From Thermodesulfobacteriota bacterium (GTDB lineage Bacteria > Desulfobacterota_D > UBA1144 > Nemesobacterales > JAJCZQ01): DNA of 64,000 nucleotides. Every line of letters starts with the position of its first letter. Position 1 is the first letter of the stretch. Under the pieces are notes generated by a model. The model worked only from the letters and a program-made list of their open reading frames with translations. It made no database searches and was not told the origin of the DNA. The DNA lies in the NCBI GenBank assembly GCA_965203965.1, contig CBDBDR010000017.1, positions 1,024,001 to 1,088,000 on the forward strand, in the 5' to 3' direction. Below, in pieces: positions 59,840-64,000 of this stretch. Position numbers and translations under genes: made by a program.

Positions 59840-60169
59840 TCAGAAAAGAGTGATTTGCTGAGGAGTCCATTCCAATTCCTTTCGTTTTTTTCCATAAAAA
59901 ACCTGCATTCGTCCAAACTGTTTGTCTGTAATTGTGATAACTCGCACTTCCCCATCAGGAGGAAGCGACTCTCTCACTCGCCCTGTATGAACATAAGAAT
60001 TTTCTTCACTGGAACAGTGGCGAGCATATACGGAAAACTGCATCATTACAAATCCATCTTCCATGATCCGCTTTCTAAATTTTGTATACTCCCTCCGAGC
60101 CTTTTTTGTGTCCGTCGGAAGGTCAAACATCACAATTACCCACACGGTTCTGTATCCTCCGAAAGCCAC
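59840..60169 (-). CDS. cas2: CRISPR-associated endonuclease Cas2
   Basis: VMFDLPT, FRK..MEDGF.MMQFSVY, ITDKQF. Confidence 0.97.
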   Translation of the reverse strand: MAFGGYRTVWVIVMFDLPTDTKKARREYTKFRKRIMEDGFVMMQFSVYARHCSSEENSYVHTGRVRESLPPDGEVRVITITDKQFGRMQVFYGKKRKELEWTPQQITLF

Positions 60170-60172
60170 TTT

Positions 60173-61081
60173 TTACACCTCAATTCTCATCTGTCTGTTA
60201 TCAATCAACTCTGCTATCTTCAAATGGTCAGTTCCTTCCACAAACGATTTCTTCAGACTTGCCGCTGTATATTGGTTTGCAACCATCATCGGCAATTTTT
60301 TTCCCTCAAACAAAACATTCTCTGACAAAATAGAAAGTAATGAGACTTTAGTTGCTTTATCAAGTTCCATTTTACCTTTCTCATACAATTCATACACCCT
60401 CCTGTCAACAAGTGGACGCAACGGTTCCATGAGATCATCAGCAAGACACATGGGATTATATTGATTGTGATGATGAATACCAAGAGCAGGATGAAGTCCA
60501 GTTCCGCACAAAGAGCGAGCAACTGAAGCTCTGATCAAACTGTAACCATAGTTGAGCAGTGAATTAATTCCACCTTTTCTATAATCCCTACCAAATCCTT
60601 TTCCAAATAGTATTGACCAATATATTTTTGCCGCCTGAGCTTCAATGTTTGTAGTGTCACCACTTTGCACTCTTTTTTTGAGTTTAGGAAGGAAGGCAAG
60701 GTCTTTCTTAAAAAAAAGTAGAGTCCTAATTTGCGATTCTATTTTAACGATCACGATTTTCTGCCAAAGTCGTTTTTTCAGAGGCTTTTTGACACCTGTC
60801 TGTATATTAAGAACTTTGCTGTGGATTGAATTGCCAGAAAGTGGTAAAAGAACTGAAACTGGGAGATGTTTTTGGTCACAGAATACTATTATGCAGTTGT
60901 TCTCTTGACATGAAGCTATAAGACTTTGGGAGATTGTTATTAGCGGGTTTGCAAGTATCAAAATTCCCATGTCCTCTATAGGAATGCTGTTGTCATTTTC
61001 ACCTTCTCGTTTAACGATCATCTGGGAGTTTCGCAGATGAAGGTGTACAGGATTGCTAACCTCAATGATCCGTTTTATCAT
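60173..61081 (-). CDS. cas1: type II CRISPR-associated endonuclease Cas1
   Basis: IPIEDMG, EAQAAKIYW, NSLLNYGY, LADDLMEPLRP. Confidence 0.97.
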   Translation of the reverse strand: MIKRIIEVSNPVHLHLRNSQMIVKREGENDNSIPIEDMGILILANPLITISQSLIASCQENNCIIVFCDQKHLPVSVLLPLSGNSIHSKVLNIQTGVKKPLKKRLWQKIVIVKIESQIRTLLFFKKDLAFLPKLKKRVQSGDTTNIEAQAAKIYWSILFGKGFGRDYRKGGINSLLNYGYSLIRASVARSLCGTGLHPALGIHHHNQYNPMCLADDLMEPLRPLVDRRVYELYEKGKMELDKATKVSLLSILSENVLFEGKKLPMMVANQYTAASLKKSFVEGTDHLKIAELIDNRQMRIEV

Positions 61082-61096
61082 TGTGTGCTGTATTGA

Positions 61097-64000
61097 TTAT
61101 TCCAAGGCAATTGAGTCTTCGGGTAGAAAACCTAAATTGCCAGGATATACTTTCCGACAGTCTATATTTTTCAATGACTGAATTCTGAACCGACCCCAAT
61201 TAGAGTCAGTACTAGAAACGCTATGATGGCGTAAAAACAAATCAATGGATCTATTGTTTTGGCTTGATATTTTTTGTACTCTAAAATAAGGGTTTTGTTT
61301 GTGTTCAGAGCAAAGACCTGGATTTTCTTCCAGCGCTTTGTTGTCTTGCCATTCCACCATGTCATTAACACACAAATCCAATTCGTAGTGCCATTCGCCT
61401 TCCCATTCTGCAGGAGGTTTTTTAACAATTATTGGAACTTTTTTACTTGCGCGTTTCGCAGCTTCTAGCATTGTAACTATTTCTACACGTCTTTCTCTTT
61501 CTTTGCCTGACTCTCCATTATGAAACAGTACCAAATGATGGTTGCTACGCGGTTCTACGTAACTATTTCCTACCTTTACATAAGAATCTGTCATTACCTT
61601 TGCAATACTTACACGTTTGATGGGTTTGGAAGGCTTGCCTTTTTTGTTAAGCGTACAAGGTTGTTGTTTTTTGAGATATGCTTCAATATCCTTTTCATTT
61701 TTTCCAATTAGGTTGTTTGTATTCAACCATTGGTAAAGTGCTTTATGAATGGATTTTTCAGCAATCCATGTTTTTGTGCCCGGAATCCAATCCTTTGTTA
61801 TTTCGGATAATAACTTTTTGTCCAGTTCTTTGCGGAAAACCATACAGGGAGTTTTATAGGAGAATTGCTTGATTTCCTTTCCCTTCCATTGAGGCAGTCC
61901 GCGTTCCGATAATTCCAGTTTTTTTTCTTCTTGTGACCATTTAAGCAAAATTGAACGAAGGTCTTCGTTGACAATCCAGTCTTTGTTGTCTTTCTCGCTG
62001 TTCTTTGCAATGAATTCCACTTTATCTAAAATGCTTTTTTTCATGTTTTCTAATTTGAGAGTCTGAGAAAAATGTGATTTGCCGTATAGTGTTTCTTTAT
62101 GTAGGGAACCCCATACTTTCCGTTTTGCCATATGAGATACGACAGTGGATTGAAGTTTGTTCTTTATCTGCCCATGTAGATTTTCACTGTCTTGCCAACT
62201 CTTCGGCAATGCAAGGTGATTTTCTTTCATCCATTCCTCTTTTGTTTTATTGCGGGATGAGGTTGTTTTATTTTCTTGCTTTTTCTTATGTGCTTCTATC
62301 ATTGCTTTAAGCATGGAACGATCCGTTATAGCCACAACAAAAGCGTCTATTGCATGGTGAAAATGATCCCTACGATTTTTCTCAGCTTTTTTAGCATCGT
62401 ATTGAAGAATTTCTCCCGTTTCCGACTCTTTATAGGAACTAGAATCAGGGATTCTGGGTAGTACACCGTTCAATCTTAGCTGTCTTCGCAAATCTGCTGT
62501 TGCTGCACCATTATTCACATCAATGGGAACCCCGTATTTTTCCAGCATCTTTTTTGTGGATGTGGCAATGTAGCGTGTGTCGTTAAGATGTCGTTCAAAA
62601 AAATCATTCTCACTTTCGGGACTGTGATTTTTTTTGAGGATATTTTGTTGCTTACGGAATAATTTACTCTTTTTAGGGTAGTGTTTTTCGGCAAATTTTT
62701 CTATACGTTTCCAACGTCCTTCATTACTTCCCCATGTTTCATATGGAGTTTTTTTACCTTTTTCATCATTACAAGTCCGACAACTTACTACGGTGTTCAT
62801 ATAGTTTTGCCTGAAGCCTGTGTAAGGAAGAATGTGTTCTATCTCCGATTCACCGGAAAATAATTCGCGAATCGCAATGCACTTAGGACAGTAAGGACAA
62901 TTGTTGCTTTGTTCATACTTCCACATCTTGAATTTGTTCCTGTCAGCAAGACTGACACGGCGAACTCCCAAATGTAGAGTTTCCAAATTCAAGTTCGGTT
63001 CTTTTACATTGTAGTATTTCAGTATTTCTTCTTCTGCTTCCTGATTTTGTTTACGGTTTTCTCTTTGTTCTTTTTCTATACTGGCACGGTGGGTCTTGGA
63101 AGACTTCATCTCTCTTGCCATTTCCATACGAATAATTACAGGTTTTCCATAACGCTTCACGATAGAGTTGGTTACACGGCGCATTTCATATAATGCTTTT
63201 TGGACAATCGGATTAGCAATATTGGGAACGTCTTTAAAGTCCAGAAGGAAATCGTCTCCAGTTTTTTTGATGGTCTTTGTTATACTTCCAACTTGGTCTA
63301 CTTCCTTCACCGCATTGTAGTAGTCCAACCCCTTATGTAAATATGGTAGAAGGTTTTTAATTGCCTTGAGAGAGTGTTTTCCATATCCACTTTCAAGTTT
63401 TTCATTCATTGCAAGTCCCAAGGCATCTTTTTCAATTTTCTTCCCTTCTTTATACGAAGCAAATTTCCAGTGATTGACCAACCTGTTATACAATGCTTTC
63501 TTATCGTGAATTGTAAGCAAATCTTCTATCAAAAGAGAGGCGTGTGTAACGATCTCTCCGCTCTTTTTTGTTTTTTCTCTTTTGCTCAATTTTTCCCAAT
63601 TTTCAATGCCTATAGTTTCGCTTACCGCTTTTGCTGTTCTGTTTCCTATCAATCCTTCTCCCTGATTGTCATTTTCACTGTCTTTGTTGTAGTTGATTTC
63701 TTTCTTCTCTATTTTTAATTTTGCTGCAACCTTTTCCCACTTAATACGTCCATATTTATCTAGCTCATCAGGGTTGTTTGCCAAATCCAGAAGTTTTTTG
63801 CGTTGTGATTTGTCAAGAGGAGTGTTATCAATCTTGATATTGTTTATCATTTGCAAAGTGCGAAATTCCTGAAATTCCAGCAATGCCATTGCAGAGCGCT
63901 TTCTTTGCGGATAGATATTGCATTTGCCAACCTTGTTTTTCTGAAGTTGTAAAGGACGCTGGTGGAAAATCTTACTTTCTATCTCTTTTGCTGTTTTGTC
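61097..64000 (-). CDS. cas9: Cas9 (type II-C), N-terminus outside the window
   Basis: Frame is open to base 64000 (IFHQRPL...VGKC REC motif); NPIVQKAL, RuvC-II EMARE, HNH EIEHILP...CNDEKG, LNDTRY, RuvC-III HHAIDA, HKETLYG; no csn2 or cas4 between cas2 and the array. Confidence 0.97.
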   Translation of the reverse strand, partial: DKTAKEIESKIFHQRPLQLQKNKVGKCNIYPQRKRSAMALLEFQEFRTLQMINNIKIDNTPLDKSQRKKLLDLANNPDELDKYGRIKWEKVAAKLKIEKKEINYNKDSENDNQGEGLIGNRTAKAVSETIGIENWEKLSKREKTKKSGEIVTHASLLIEDLLTIHDKKALYNRLVNHWKFASYKEGKKIEKDALGLAMNEKLESGYGKHSLKAIKNLLPYLHKGLDYYNAVKEVDQVGSITKTIKKTGDDFLLDFKDVPNIANPIVQKALYEMRRVTNSIVKRYGKPVIIRMEMAREMKSSKTHRASIEKEQRENRKQNQEAEEEILKYYNVKEPNLNLETLHLGVRRVSLADRNKFKMWKYEQSNNCPYCPKCIAIRELFSGESEIEHILPYTGFRQNYMNTVVSCRTCNDEKGKKTPYETWGSNEGRWKRIEKFAEKHYPKKSKLFRKQQNILKKNHSPESENDFFERHLNDTRYIATSTKKMLEKYGVPIDVNNGAATADLRRQLRLNGVLPRIPDSSSYKESETGEILQYDAKKAEKNRRDHFHHAIDAFVVAITDRSMLKAMIEAHKKKQENKTTSSRNKTKEEWMKENHLALPKSWQDSENLHGQIKNKLQSTVVSHMAKRKVWGSLHKETLYGKSHFSQTLKLENMKKSILDKVEFIAKNSEKDNKDWIVNEDLRSILLKWSQEEKKLELSERGLPQWKGKEIKQFSYKTPCMVFRKELDKKLLSEITKDWIPGTKTWIAEKSIHKALYQWLNTNNLIGKNEKDIEAYLKKQQPCTLNKKGKPSKPIKRVSIAKVMTDSYVKVGNSYVEPRSNHHLVLFHNGESGKERERRVEIVTMLEAAKRASKKVPIIVKKPPAEWEGEWHYELDLCVNDMVEWQDNKALEENPGLCSEHKQNPYFRVQKISSQNNRSIDLFLRHHSVSSTDSNWGRFRIQSLKNIDCRKVYPGNLGFLPEDSIALE

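Noticed and set aside
58325..61096. tracrRNA within the window
   Set aside because: Only short matches to the anti-repeat (CTGCCCT in the leader; CCTCAATTC inside the cas1 3' end). It most likely lies upstream of cas9, outside the window.

Overview
AT-rich bacterial chromosome segment from a diderm (lapA, tolQRA, mlaE). The gene content suggests a Desulfobacterota/Ca. Dadabacteria-like lineage, but that is only an impression. Most of the window is housekeeping: lipA-sppA-rpsA-cmk-aroA, dapB-tgt-yajC-secDF, pheS, coaE, argS, tolQRA, ruvCAB, bolA-grxD, queF, gltX, rho, rrf2-sufBCD, and two tRNAs. Accessory parts are: two type II restriction-modification pairs in the first 6.3 kb, one with a HEAT-repeat/MTase fusion; an unannotated 40-aa, 12-Cys metallothionein-like gene missed by the ORF track; a dispersed and tandem double-hairpin REP-like repeat family, with homologous arrays bracketing a solitary 2126-aa PilY1-like adhesin and a near-consensus promoter pointing into one array; and a type II-C CRISPR-Cas locus (cas9 truncated by the window end, cas1, cas2, 6 repeats and 5 spacers) whose array starts on the stop codon of an alpha-carbonic anhydrase. 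All calls come from motif recognition by eye; no searches were run.
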